64,000 nucleotides of DNA from Dendrobates tinctorius (taxonomy: Eukaryota), in assembly GCF_039654945.1 (NCBI RefSeq), contig NW_027361749.1:11966001-12030000 (forward strand). Direction: 5' to 3'. The stretch's first letter is position 1. Each line of letters starts with the position of its first letter. The notes below the pieces were generated by a model that saw nothing but the letters and a program-made list of their open reading frames with translations, did no database searches and was not told where the DNA came from. A program made the translations under genes and the position numbers. This document shows positions 37,110-49,689 of this stretch, in pieces.

Positions 37110-40012
37110 CAGGGCTGTGGAGTCGGAGTCGTGGAGTCGGAGTTAGTTTTGGTTGGAGTCGGTAGAAATGTACCGACTCCGACTCCAGCTTTAAAAAAAA
37201 AATGTATTAATATTTCATAATTGAACTTTCATATTAATTTTATAAATGTTACTCAAATATATATGTTCTATCAAACTATGAACAACAGTGATAAGCAGTT
37301 CTGCTGGAGATAGAGACATTTCTTACTTCTTGTGTATCACTGTTCTCCACTGCCCTTATCTAATCTTATACTTGGTTAACCTCATGCTGCCCCAACCCCC
37401 CTACTTACAATGTATGAAACTGAAAGTGAAAATGTGTTGCAAATTCTTAGTAGTAAAGCTCCTCCTCTAGACTAGATCATACTAGGTGTGCGTCTTCCAA
37501 GCATCTCACAGCTGCCTGCTACTCAGAAGAGGAAGACTGTAAGAAGTATTATCCTTTCAACAAACTTTGCATCAGTTAACTGTGAGTACATGAGGAATAA
37601 TAACAGTATTACTGACCACTATATCAGTTGTACGACCTGGCAATTTTGTACAATTGTTTTTAGGAAAAACAATTGTCATTTGGATTGTGAATGCAGAATT
37701 AAAAACCTGAGAACGTCAAAGAAGCATCACATTAAATCAGCTGTATTTGAACATTTCACCATCACTCAAGATAGAAAACATTATGTCTGTCAGTGTATGA
37801 CAAATGATCCAGACGAAAACAAATGCTGTGAAGCCAAGATGAGTGCATATTCAGGCAAAGATAAAAATGCTCCTACCAGAGCTTCTAATCTAAAGAGACA
37901 TTTACAGCGCTTTCATCCAGAAGTACTGAAAGCAGTGGATGAGAAAGACTGCATCCAAACCAATGAACCAGTGCCCAGCTCTTCCAGCCAAACAAAGGAG
38001 CAGAGAACTTTGCAGCCATCAGTTGCAAGATATTTTGTCAGTGACAAAGTTACTGTGACAATGACAGTAGATACATTTAAAAAACAGATCATAGAGCTTG
38101 TTGTAAAGGATAGTGTGCCTATTTCATTATTTTCACGACCAGCTTTTATGTGTCTGAATGGGGAAATGGCCCGCAAGCTTGGTGTTTCTCTGGAGAGAGA
38201 GAGACTATTAGAAAATTAGTAATCGAAGAAGCTTTTAAACAAAAGGAAGAACTTAAAAAAACTCTCAAGGGACTCTTTCTGTTTCTTAAAATGGATGCCT
38301 GCACACGTCACAGAGTGAACTATTTTGCCATCAATGTCCGATTTGTTTGTGACAAAAATGAAATAGTTACCAAGACATTGGCAGTAAAAGACACCAAAGC
38401 TCATCACACCAGTGAGTTTCTCCAGGTCTTGGTGGAAAAGGTTCTGCAAGACTATGAACTTAAAAAAGAGCAAGTTCTTTCTGTCATAACTGACAATGCT
38501 TCAAATATGATAAGTACTATTAAGCTAATGAATGAGAGTAATGATGGTGACCAGCAGCTAGAAGAACATTCTGGGTCCACAGACACAGAAATGTTTGAAA
38601 TAGAGGAACACCGTATTGTAACTGAGGAACAAACTGAAGTTGCTTCAGATGAACAGCAACATGATAGTTTAGATGATCTTGTTGAAACTGTGTCAATATG
38701 TTCTTTCATTCATCACATGCGCTGTGTTGTGCATACGCTACAGCTGGCTATAAGAGACAGTCTGCAAGAAGGACATGCTGCTGCACTGATTGGCAAGGTG
38801 AGAAAATTGGCTACTGTTGCCAGAACCCCTAAAGTTGACTCAATTTTGAAGTGACGTGCTGGAAAAGGGGCAATTATTGATCAAGCCACACGATGGGGCA
38901 GTACTTACTTAATGATTCAGTGCTTGGTTGAACTGAAAACCTTTCTTGTAGACATGGCTAACCCTCAACTGAAGCTAAATGAAAGTCAGTGGAATCAGGT
39001 GACTGAGCAGGAAAAATTGCTAGAGCACCCATTTACAGTGACTAAAAAATTACAAGCAGAGGACTTAACTCCAGGTATTTTCTTAAAGGAGTGGAAGAAC
39101 CTGATGTTTCGCCTGTCCCAAAGAGGAGGGTTAATTGCAAGTGGCATTGCTACATCAATGAAACGGAGAGAGGAGCTACTATTACAAAATAACATTCTTT
39201 TGGCAGCTGTTTATGTAGACCCAATGCATCGGATTCTTCTAGATGATCAACAGCTAAGTAAAGGAAAAGAAGCTCTGTTTGAAATAGCAGTAAGGATGAA
39301 AGGGTTTCTGAACAGTCAGGAGGAACAAGAAGAATTTGGTCGTCCTGCCACATCTTCACCCTCATCAACTGATGAAGAATTTAATTTCGAAAAATATTTG
39401 GATCACAAGAACCGTGCAAAGCGTTCCCGCATAGAAGAAGAGTCATCCCCATCAAGGAACACAGCCAGTACATTTCAGCAGAATTTTTCATGTGCACTAA
39501 AAGAAATTGAGAAATTTGACCGTTCATCAAAAATAACAGTGCAACAAGCGATTCCTCTGTATCCTGACATTGTCAGAGATGTTGCCCGAGTGGTTACTGC
39601 TTTGCCACCAACACAAGTTAGTGTAGAGAGGTTGTTCTCTGCTCTCAAAATAATTAGATCAGATTTGAGGGCATCCATGAAGGAGGATCTGACAGAGGCA
39701 ATACTTTTTCTGAGGACAAATTTATAGATTTCTTCTTATTAACTGCATAAAAGTGTTTATTGCATATTTACTTACAGTTTAGAAAAGTTTATAAAAGTTA
39801 TTTGCTATATTCTAATTGTATTCTAATAAATGTAGTTTTTGCTCTAAGTGGTCTGATTACTTATATGATGGTGAGAAACTGAATAAGCACGATGTTTAAT
39901 ATTTTACAACAGTAAATTTGTTGTTATGAATTGGCCATTTATGAAGGAGTCGGAGCCTGATAAAATCCAGGAGTCGGAGTCGCAACTGTGGCTTACCGAC
40001 TCCACAGCCCTG
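37110..40012 (+). mobile_element. hAT DNA transposon, full length
   Basis: 17-bp TIRs CAGGGCTGTGGAGTCGG / CCGACTCCACAGCCCTG; perfect 8-bp TSD GTTTCTAG; subterminal GGAGTC repeats. Confidence 0.97.
37700..39727 (+). pseudogene. hAT transposase (BED finger, DDE, dimerisation domain); one frameshift and one nonsense; start approximate
   Basis: SAVFEHF..CQC..C..SNLKRHL.RFH, KMDACT, ITDNASNM, RCVVHTLQL, TRWGSTY, PPTQVSVERLFS. Frameshift in (GA)n at ~38193-38204; TGA at 38852. Confidence 0.92.
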
Positions 40013-40544
40013 GTTTCTAGATCACTTCGGTGCCTGGTTTCCCAATTTTCCATCTTGTTAAATATCAATATGGGTGAATATGACATCACTGTTAACATCC
40101 CAATCCTCCCTAGCTGCCTCTTTGTTTCTAGTTTTAACCTCTTTTCTAGGCCTTTTACATCTTTCTATCATCTTACCAACTCTAACTATACAAAACTGGT
40201 AATACTCTTCATCAGTTTTCTAGAACATATATAGGACCTCAAACAGTAAACAAATCCCCCTCATATAGAGCACTTATGTAACCTATTAAGTCCAAAAGAG
40301 AGATAAGGGATCCAAATATATAAAAACAATATCAAAGTTTATTAACACATTATTGCTTCTACAAAACAAGGGTTTTACCTAACTAGGCAAACCCTGTATA
40401 ATATAACAAATATAGACAAGAAAACAATCAAGAGAAAAACAATACACCCCAAAATTTAGGCATAAATAACATGGCATTTAAATGGTCTCATCAAATAAAT
40501 GACTAATACATATCAAATAATCAGCAGCTCAAAGAAGTAAGTGC

Positions 40545-41789
40545 AAATGCTTCTAGCTAAATTAGAATATCAAAAAGTTAATTTATTTCAGTTCTTCAAT
40601 ACAAAATGTTAAACTTATATTAGTCATTACAAACAGTGATCTGTAAGCCATAATCAACATTAACAGAAATAAGTGTAACAACCCTGCTGGCATCACTGCT
40701 TGGCCTCCCATCCCCCACACACCAACTTACTCACTACTCCAGGTCATGGTCATGCTGTGATTTCTGTCTGCTGCCAGCTCCATGCTCTGTGCCTCTTGCT
40801 TCCTGTCTGCTTTCTGTATGCTTCCTGGCTGTGTGCATAGGGGGGCGGCGCTGACACTCTGGTTCTTATGGAATCGGTGTGCACCTGCCTAATGTGCTAC
40901 CGGCCAATCGTCAAGAGTTCTCTGGTATTTAAGGCAGCGCCACCCAGTGGGCTCTGCCCGTGCAATGTGTTAACTCAGTTAGTATCTTGCTACTGAGCTC
41001 GCCAGGTCCTGTCCTGTGTTTCGCCTTCTCTGGAGGCTCCACTCTTAGCTTTGCGTTGTACCTGTCTGTCCGCCCTCCAGGAGGCAGAATATCTTGGTCC
41101 CTGTGTCTTTGTCCCTGTAACTTGTCTCGTGCCATTACCTTGTGTAAACTCTGTCCTACCTCTGTCTCTTGGTCTCGTCTGTGGCTACTTTCCCTGTAGT
41201 GTCTATCCTTGTGTTCCCTGACTCTGCCTGTGCTCTTGCAGCTCTGCTTATGCTCTGTACTCCTGCAGCTCTGCCTGCTCTGTACTCTTGTGACTCTGCC
41301 TGTGCTCTGCACTCTTGCGGTTCAACCTGCTGTGTGAACAGGCCTTAACCAGTGTCTCAGCCGAGCCCGCCTGCCTGTGTCTCAGCCGAGCCCGCCTGCC
41401 AGTGTCTCAGCCGTGCCTGCCGTGCTCACCTACTTGTCTGCTACTCGTGCCTGTCGCCCGTACCGTCTCCTCAAGTGGGATCAGCAGCCACAGCCAGACA
41501 CCACCCTGGAGTGGCACCTGGAAGCTGTCTGCTGCACAAGCCTGACCTCACCATCAGAGGCTCCAGTGAAAACCAAGGCAGCTGTCTTAGTCATGCCCCT
41601 TCCAGGGTAGTCTGGTTTGTGGCGCAGTGGGGCCACAACCCCCTGGCTCACGCCCTTCAGTCAGGGTCTGAGCGTGACAATAAGCACTTGAACTAGATCA
41701 CTCTGTTTGTAATGACTATATAGTTAGTTTCACTTTTTGTATGGAAGAACTGAAATTAACATTTTGATCTAATTTAGTGAGAAGCACCT
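40545..41789. mobile_element. Short non-autonomous Tc1-type element split by a solo LTR
   Basis: Inverted arms TGCTTCT..CTAAATTAGA..TCAAAA..TTCAGTTCTTC.ATACAAAA..TAGTCATTACAAACAG (40548-40640 vs 41695-41789); right end CACCTG-TA. Confidence 0.7.
40674..41679 (+). mobile_element. Solo LTR (probably Gypsy-type)
   Basis: TGTAAC..GTGACA termini; 5-bp TSD ATAAG on both sides; CCAAT and TATTTAA boxes at ~40904-40932. Confidence 0.85.
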
Positions 41790-42033
41790 GTATTACAACA
41801 TATGCTAGTATGTATAACATATGAGGATCTGAATATGATATAATTAATCACTATATAGTGTGTATAAACAAATTGTTTATACAGGTTATTTGAATTCATG
41901 GTGCGCAAGTAGAGGGGTACAGAGAAGCATTGACGCACATTTCACCGCCTACACGTGGCTTTGACAAAAGGTAGTAGGGCATTAAGCCCATGGTGTACCC
42001 CAACTGGTAATACTCTTCATCAGTTTAAATTTT

Positions 42034-42081
<48 letters not shown>

Positions 42082-42245
42082 TTTTAGCCACAATCTTCTT
42101 CATTGTCGGGACACTCCTACTTGTGACAAGCTTATTTGCACACCACAGTGTTAATGCAAAGTGGCACTCCCTAAACTTCTCAATAGAATCTCCCGACATA
42201 AACTGTGGCAACCATGGCATAACCTCAAACTTATTTTCAGCCTAA

Positions 42246-42663
42246 AGCTGGAGTCACACATAGCGACCCCGACAACGATATCAACTTGTCAGGATCGCTG
42301 GTGAGTCGCTATGTGATCGCTGGTGAGCTGTCACACAGACAGCTTCACCAGCGATCAGCACAGCGACGCCGAGCGCGCGGCGTCGCTGTGTTCGTTAGTT
42401 ACCAGCGCGCTGATGCAGGGAGCTGGTAACTAACGTAGACATCGGGTATCCCTTGGATACCCAATGTGTACGTTAGTTACCAGCGATGCGTGCTGACCAG
42501 CGACAAAAGAAATGTCCAGTGGTTTCTCAGAGAGCTCAGCAATACCGGCAGGGGGGCCGATCGCTGTCACACACAGCGATCTCGCTGGTGAGATCGCTGT
42601 TGTCACAAAACTTGTGACTCAGCAGCGATCTCGTTAGCGAGATCGCTATGTGTGACGGGGCCC
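42246..42663. mobile_element. Harbinger-type MITE
   Basis: TAA TSD; arms GTCACACATAGCGA / TCGCTATGTGTGAC; internal palindromes. Confidence 0.8.
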
Positions 42664-42788
42664 TAACATCCATTAAGAAAATCTCAGCTCCCAGCAAATT
42701 TCCTCAATTCTACTTTTATACCTAAAACCTATAACTCTGTGCTCCTCACCTTGTCAATCAAGCCTTTTCTCCCTGTCTGAGTCATAAG

Positions 42789-43010
42789 TAGAGTTGAGCA
42801 AATTTGTTCGGGTTCCCTGTGTGAAAGCCTGTGTGTTGGGCTGTCTATGCATGTGTTGTGACTGTCACACAGCTGCGACACATGCAGCTGCAGCGCCGAT
42901 CAGCTGATGAGCCGACGCAATCCAGGAAGCCGGGTTCCCTCTGCAGCTTATTCAGTAAGCACTATAGCTTGCCGAATAAGAGGGAACTCAAACAAATTCG
43001 TTCAACTCTA
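42789..43010. mobile_element. hAT-type MITE
   Basis: TIRs TAGAGTTGAGC.AATTTG / CAAATTCGTTCAACTCTA; 8-bp TSD GTCATAAG. Confidence 0.88.
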
Positions 43011-43293
43011 GTCATAAGGTGCAGGTGCTGATCTTTGATCACAGCGCTAAAGACCTGTTGGCGGTTTCAAAGCCAGTCATCTATTAACCTGCATAATTCA
43101 AATATCCCCCTGCTTTCTCAAAATATTTTTGCAGTCTGCACCAGTTCTCTGGAATATACGACGCCAGATATTCACTTGAATTCCTAACATCCACAGTTTT
43201 AAGCCTTACCCAAGAGGTATCGTTTCGCCTTGTGGAGAGTGACACGTTAAGCGTGCCAAAACTTAAAGCCGCAATGCTCCTCTAGGAAATATT

Positions 43294-43558
43294 CAAATTG
43301 TCTCTTCAGAGAGGACGAGGACTAGAACTCTAGTGCCACCTATTGGAAGTGTCAATCCTAAATGTCAATGTTGACCCTTTAATGAGCCTTGTCACATGAC
43401 TTGGGAATAAAAGCCAAAACCAGAATCTCAATGGTTTGGCTTTTATCCTAATTCATGTGACAAGGCTCGTTAAAGGCTCAACATTGACATTTAGGATTGA
43501 TACTTCCAATAGGTGGCACTAGAGTTCTAGTCCTCTTCCTCTTTGAAGAGACAATTTG
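43294..43558. repeat. Near-perfect inverted repeat (~125-bp arms)
   Basis: CAAATTGTCTCTTCA..CTAGAACTCTAGTGCCACCTATTGGAAGT..AAAAGCCAAA is mirrored on the other side of a short loop at ~43420-43430. Confidence 0.9.
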
Positions 43559-43567
43559 CAAGCCTTA

Positions 43568-44024
43568 GGCCTCTTTCACACTTCAGTTTTTTGCATCAGT
43601 CAAAATCCGCCAAAAGGACGGATGGCGGATCCGTTTTAGTACTGATGACAACGGATGGTACCCGTCCGTTTTTTTGACGGATCCGACAAATGAAGAGTTT
43701 TAAAGGAATCTCAGCCGAGAGAGAGAGAGATTTTTTTTTTTGTCCGGCACCCAGAAAGAATTTCGGGTTAAATGAGTGTCTGGAGGATCCGCCACAGAAA
43801 AAAACGTTGCAAGCTCCGTTTTGAAATCTTTGAGGATGTGACGGACAGGAGCTTTTGGCGGATCCGCAAAAAAAAACGGATGCAACGGACGGCAATCCGT
43901 CACAATCCGCCAATAATGGAAGTCAATGGGGAAAAAAAACGGATCCTCAAAAAATTGCGGATCCGTTTTTTTCAAAACCTGGCGGATTGTGACTGATTGT
44001 AAAAACTGAAGTGTGAAAGAGGCC
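43568..44024. mobile_element. Harbinger-type MITE (GGCCTCTTTCACACTTCAG family)
   Basis: Perfect TIRs, TTA TSD, internal CGGATCCG repeats. Confidence 0.9.
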
Positions 44025-44439
44025 TTACCCTTAAAACAGCTATCTTTAAGTAGGTCTATTAAATTCACCTATCTTACTCTTCTAACTTGAAGAAAACACT
44101 TCTTATTGGTCCATACACAGATACAAGTTGGTAATCTTTTCACACAGTCTTGCGTGTACTGCGCAAATTTGGTATAAGATAAAGCTGCACCATTGTAGAA
44201 AGCAGGCAGTTTTATCTCGTTTATCGTCCATGTTTCCTCATGTAAGCAGGGCCCTCATCACTCATTTGATTTGCTCCGTTGAGGCTTATGCCTGTAACCC
44301 CCTCAACATGGAATTTGGACATATGTGCTGACAGGGCCTTAGACTAGGTATTCAGAAAGTGAGTGTAAATCAAGGTGTTTGAGATTTCTGCGAAGTTGTG
44401 CAAGTTTGTAGAGTGGAAATTATTTAATAATTTATTTTT

Positions 44440-45965
44440 AAAAAATGGGTTCCCCCCTATTTTTGATGACCAGCCAAGGTAAAGCGGACAGCTGGTGGCT
44501 GGTATTCTCAAGCTCGGAAGGTCCATGGATATTTGGCCCTCCATAGCCTAAAAATAGCAGCCCTCAGCCACCCCAGAAAAGGTGCATCCATTAGATGTAT
44601 CAATTCTGGCGTTTTGCCTGGCTGTTCCGCTTGCCATGGTGCGATCGGTAATATTACCGCAGTTCATCAGCTCTGAACTGCAATAACCTTACTGATGTCA
44701 GTGCTCGTCGCAGCAGCCGGATTCACAAGCTAATGTCATTGTGTTCTAGCTGCTTTGCTGAGTGGTAACAGTACAGATGACAATGCTCAATACTGCATCC
44801 GAATGTAGCAGAGTTTGGGATCATTGTGGACGTGAGATGGATTTACGGCGGACTCCTTTTGGATTATTTTATTTTTTAAAGGTAATCTGTAAAAGAGCCT
44901 CTGGGAGTGTGTTTTACAATTAAAGGACTTTTTTCTGTGAGTGTGTGTCTATTGCTTTTGACTGCGGCGTTAGTAATGGGTGTGTCTAACAGACACCTCT
45001 TCATTACTAACCCCTGGGCTTGATGTCAGCAGACATTACACAGCTGACATCAATCCCAAAACCATTGTCCTGCTTGCCAATGCACCAGGGTAAGTGAGAA
45101 GAGCCAAGGCTAAGCCCCAGAATTGGTGCATCTAATAATTGCACTATTTCTGGAGTGACTGAGGGCTGATGTTAGTCTGGGAGGGGGGGGGGCAATATTC
45201 ATGGCCCCTTCCCAGCTTATTAATATCAGCCCTCAGGTTTCTACTTGGCCTTTACTGGTTAATAAAAAAAAAAAAAATGTTGGACCACATGTAATTTTTT
45301 TTTGGGGGGGAGAGGGGTGTCTCCCTTTTTTTTTTTTTTTTTTTTATCAATAAAGGCTACATAGACAGCTGTGAGCTGATATTAATAGCCTAGGAAGCGT
45401 CTTGAATATTGGCCTCTTCTCAGAATGGCAACACCAGCCCTCAGCTGGGTATTTAAAAATAAGGGTGACCCCAACACACACTTTTTTTCTTTCCTTTATT
45501 TTAGTTTAATACATGTACAGTAAGCTACATGCACTGATTATATATCTCCCTGACATTTCTTTCTATGCACAGGTGCCAGCTGGTGCAAACCATCATCAGC
45601 GTCGCCTGCTCTCGCTGATATCAGTGACAGCAGGTGACGCTGATGAAAGTAGTATGTGGTAACCTGTCACAGCTGGTTCCAGCAGCTGGCTCGCATGCTG
45701 TCCTCTGTGTGACATCTTGGGAATCTGCAGCGGTCCGTGATACCCAGCTGCTGTGACCTGTGGTAACTTCAGTAAGGATACCACCCGGCAGAGGCATCCA
45801 CTGTCTCATAGATGCCGGATGTTCGGGCCCCTTATTCACTCGAATGGGGTTCGGGATCAAGTTCAAGTACCTTTCTCGTACCCAAACCAAACTTTATAAA
45901 AAAAATTAAAAAAAAGTTAGACCGAACCTGACGGACCCAAACATCCAAGGGTCTGCCCATCCCTA
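44440..45965. mobile_element. Degraded non-autonomous DNA element (right TIR ..GCCCATCCCTA); left boundary uncertain
   Basis: Subterminal GTTCGGG/CCGAAC repeats and internal inverted blocks (44450-44640 vs 45070-45270). Confidence 0.45.
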
Positions 45966-47224
45966 GTCCTAACTATTTTAAAGGGAACCCGTCACCATGA
46001 AAATGCCGTCAAATCTGCACATAGTTAGAATGTTATATGGTGGTGAAGCAAAATACTGCTTATTATTTTAATAGGACACCAAATCATGACATCTTTCCTT
46101 TTTAAAGGGTTTATAAGAATTCTGCACGTTCTAAATACTGAACAACTGAATGTCTGTCCATGGTAACTGTTCCTTTAAACTGAATATCTCAGAAGACGGA
46201 GGGCACCATTAGGGTTGGGTGGATATAATTGCTCTGAACCTTCTGTCCCAGGAGACATTGCTTTGTTCTTGCTTTGGTGAGATCCTCTAATAAGACAGCT
46301 ATGAATTGTAACTAGACTTTGACATTAACCTGTTGTTTACTTTCACACTTGGCAGCACTAGGTCTACATTCAAATTTATATAAAAAGAAAAACCACCACA
46401 GTGGTGCTATATGCCACACTGAAAGAAATAGGGCAGTGAGCGTGCTGGAGGCGACATGCCTGTCAGAGGAAGAGTAAATTATCTATAATTTCCGGGTCAA
46501 TAGTGCAGTACTTTATAGGACAGAGGGGGCTCACGGGCTGCGCTCTGCTTCTTATTTGCTACATTTTTGTGAAGATTGGGTTTCTACGCGTTGGGGACAT
46601 TACCATGCTGCTTCTTCATTGTGTGCCTTAGCATGCCACTTTATATAGACACTATTTCCAGCTCGCTCCTCTCGTGTGTGTCTACAACACTGCTGTCTCT
46701 GCTTGGCACCCAGGGACTGTCATACACAGGAGGTGGGTGCAGGGAATTGGAAGAGAAACGTAGAGTATCAGTCTGAGTATTTCTAAAGCATCATGTGCTG
46801 TATGCTTATCTTGGGAATAAGCTACAGATACATGTAATGTAAAGGGTCTTTACACGTATATTATAAATGATCTGTAGAGAATAAGGTGGTTTGATAGGTT
46901 ATTATGGGTAAACAATCCAAATTTTATATAATTATAATTTGATGTTTCACATCTATGTGTATGAGTTTGTTTTTATATGTACTAGGTTGCATAGGTATTT
47001 TTATTTAAATCACTAGGGCGTTCATATACCATGTGTGTATATACGTGTAATAATATATATATATGACTGTCGAGTTTCACATGAAAGTTCTTTTTTTCTG
47101 TCCATTTTGAGAGTTTAATGGAACCAACAAATGTAATGCTCCAGATTCTCAACTAGCTCAAAGGAAGGTCAGGTTTATAGCTTCTCTAATCAGTCAAACT
47201 GTTTTCAGCTGTGTTTTCTCTTTT

Positions 47225-47970
47225 TAAATCATAATGACAACCCAAAACATCCAAATGACCCTGATCAAAAGTTCACATACCCCATTTCTTAACACCTTGT
47301 ATTGCCCCATCTAACATCAATCACAGCTTGAAGTCTTTTTGTGGTAGTTGTGGATGAGGTTCTTTATTTTCTCAGATGGTAAAGCTGCTTGGCAAAAAGC
47401 CTTCAGTTCCTGTAAATTCCTGGGCTGTCTAGCATGAACTGCGTGCTTGAGATCTCCCCAGTGGCTCAATGATATTGAGGTCAGGAGACTGAGATGGCCA
47501 CTCTAGAACCTTCACTTTGTTCTGCTGTAGCCAATGACAGGTCGACTTGGCCTTGTGTTTTGGATTGTTGTCATGTTGAAATATACATGTACGTTCCATG
47601 TCCATCTTCCGGGCTGATGAGTGCAAATTTGCCCCCACTATTTGCTGATAACATGCTGCATTCATCTTTCCTTCAGTTGTGACCAAGTTTCCTGTGCCTT
47701 TGTAGCTCACACATCCTCAAAACATCAGCGATCGACCTCCGTGCTTTACAGTAGGAATGGTGTTCCTTTAATCATAGGCCTTGTTGACCTCTCTCCAAAT
47801 GTAACGTTTATGGTTGTGGCCAGAAAGATCAGTTTTGGTCTCCTCACTTCAAATTACTTTGTTCCAGAAGTTTTGAGGCTTGTCTCTGTGCTGTTTTGCG
47901 TATTGTAGGTGAGATACTTTGACATTTGCACGGAAATGGCTTTCTTCTGGCGACTCGACCATGCAGCCCA
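47225..47970 (-). mobile_element. Tc1 transposon 3' fragment (decayed transposase)
   Basis: FWNKVI, FQHDNNPKH, LEWPSQSPDLNIIEPL; interrupted by a DIRS fragment. Confidence 0.85.
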
Positions 47971-49450
47971 TTTTTTCCCTTCCCCATGACTGCACCGTAC
48001 ATGAGAAAGGGCATCTACCCCCAGGAACAGGAAACATGCAGCAGAGATAAAAGGGGGTGGCACCTCTCTCCTCAGTTTTGGTTTCCTGTTCCTGCAGGTG
48101 GATGCCTGTGGCATGCAACATACCTCCCAGGGGCATCCCCCTCTGATGGCTGCTGGTCCGGAGACCAAGGTCCGTGGTGTGGGGGCTGCTGGGCGCGGTG
48201 GCATGTGGCCTTCATCCCAGCGTCTTGGGGGCTGCCATATCGCGAGCCTTATCCTGCCGCTGGACTCCCCCAGCAGCCGCTCCTGGCCAGAGGCTGGGCC
48301 GGGGGTGGGTAGGGAGCGTGTCCACCATGATGCTGGCGCCGAATGGTGGAATGACTTCCGGGGTCACGCAGGAAGTGCATCACACGCTAGGCGGAAGCAG
48401 TGTGCTGAATGCTCCCGGGTGGAGTCGCTTCAGTGGCGTGCACACCGCTCCCCCTCCCCAAATACCATATAAACAAGCGATACTCGTGGATGCAGTGGCA
48501 GCAGCCTCTTTCAGGAGCATGGCGGACCCCGCAGTAGAGCCGCTCGGTACAGAGCCGCTCATACCGACAGAGGAAACGGACCCACAAGCTACAGTGGTAG
48601 CAGGGGCTCTGGTGGGTGAGTGCCTTTGTAAGGCAGACATGTCGGTAATGATGGTTTTGTATCATGGGTTTTTTTAGGGGAATAAGGCCACATCCAAACA
48701 GAAAAACAGGGAATATGCGCTTTTTGGCAAGACCCTCCCTAAGGCATATGGGAAACGAGTTTGTCGCTCATGTATTAACAAAACAGTGGCCGAGGAGTCA
48801 CCATCTCTATTGCAAAGCATAAGATCTAATATTAGGGATGAAGTAACATCTACAGTGAAAGAACAAATGAGGCAGCACATGGCACTCAGTTCCGGGAACC
48901 CCCCCTCCCCCACCTGCAGATATCCAAATCCCTGATGTGGAGTCTGAGGACGAACCTGGAGAAATAGGCCCCTTTTAGGACTCTGATTCGGGGTCCTTGG
49001 ATGAGGAATACGGCCATCCGTGTTTTTTATCCGAGGACATCAGAAAATTACTCAAACTGGTCAGATCCACTATGGGGGTTGAAACACCTAGAGAGCAACG
49101 ATCAATCCAGGATTCCATGTTTAGTATCCTGGAGGGGAAGCAGCATAGAGTCTTTCCTTTCCCTGATAACCTGTTAAATTTAATTAAAAGGGAATGGAAA
49201 AAGCTGAACAAAGAAATGTCGGTGCCACAGACCCTGAAAAGTAAATACCCCTTTGATGAAGAAGTCTGCGAGAAATTGGAAAAAGCACCTAGACTGGATG
49301 CCGCTATTTCTAGCACATCTAAGGGAATAGCTCTGCCATTAGAGGATATGGGTGCTTTAAAAGATCCCCTTGATAAGAAAGCTGATGCCTTCCTGAAATC
49401 AGCCTCGTAAGCATCAGCATGGTCATTCAAACCTGGGGTAGCCGCCACAC
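47971..49450 (+). mobile_element. Second DIRS1 family, 5' fragment (left ITR and gag remnants)
   Basis: TTTTCC..CCCCATGAC..ACAGGAAAC left end resembles the 30194 element. Spliced gag pieces RVCRSCI and LIKREWKK..KYPFD..APRLDAAIS..LKDPLDKKAD. Confidence 0.8.
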
Positions 49451-49689
49451 ATATATAATTGTAGCCTGCATCTGGCAAAGGTTTATTTATCTAATAAAGA
49501 TGAGTACAGGCCTCTCCCCTCTGTTTCACACCTGCATGCATTTGTAAGCAAATATATTGTGAAAAATCGGTCTGCAATAGACTTCAGTCTGATCATGCAT
49601 CATCCAAGTGCAGCATCTAAGTGTACTGCTATGAATTGGACCAGAATTGAAACTGAAAGTAACTAGATATTTAGTTACAATAAAAAATG

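Larger units (their letters stand above)
40219..42001. mobile_element. Insertion with a 25-bp duplication, probably a Penelope-like remnant
   Basis: AACTGGTAATACTCTTCATCAGTTT at 40194-40218 and 42002-42026. Decayed hammerhead-like motif on the minus strand at ~41930-41972. Confidence 0.55.

Noticed and set aside
46380-46800. Possible further Penelope remnant with a decayed hammerhead (also ~36770-36870)
   Set aside because: The core motifs are too degenerate and I could not define boundaries or a TSD.
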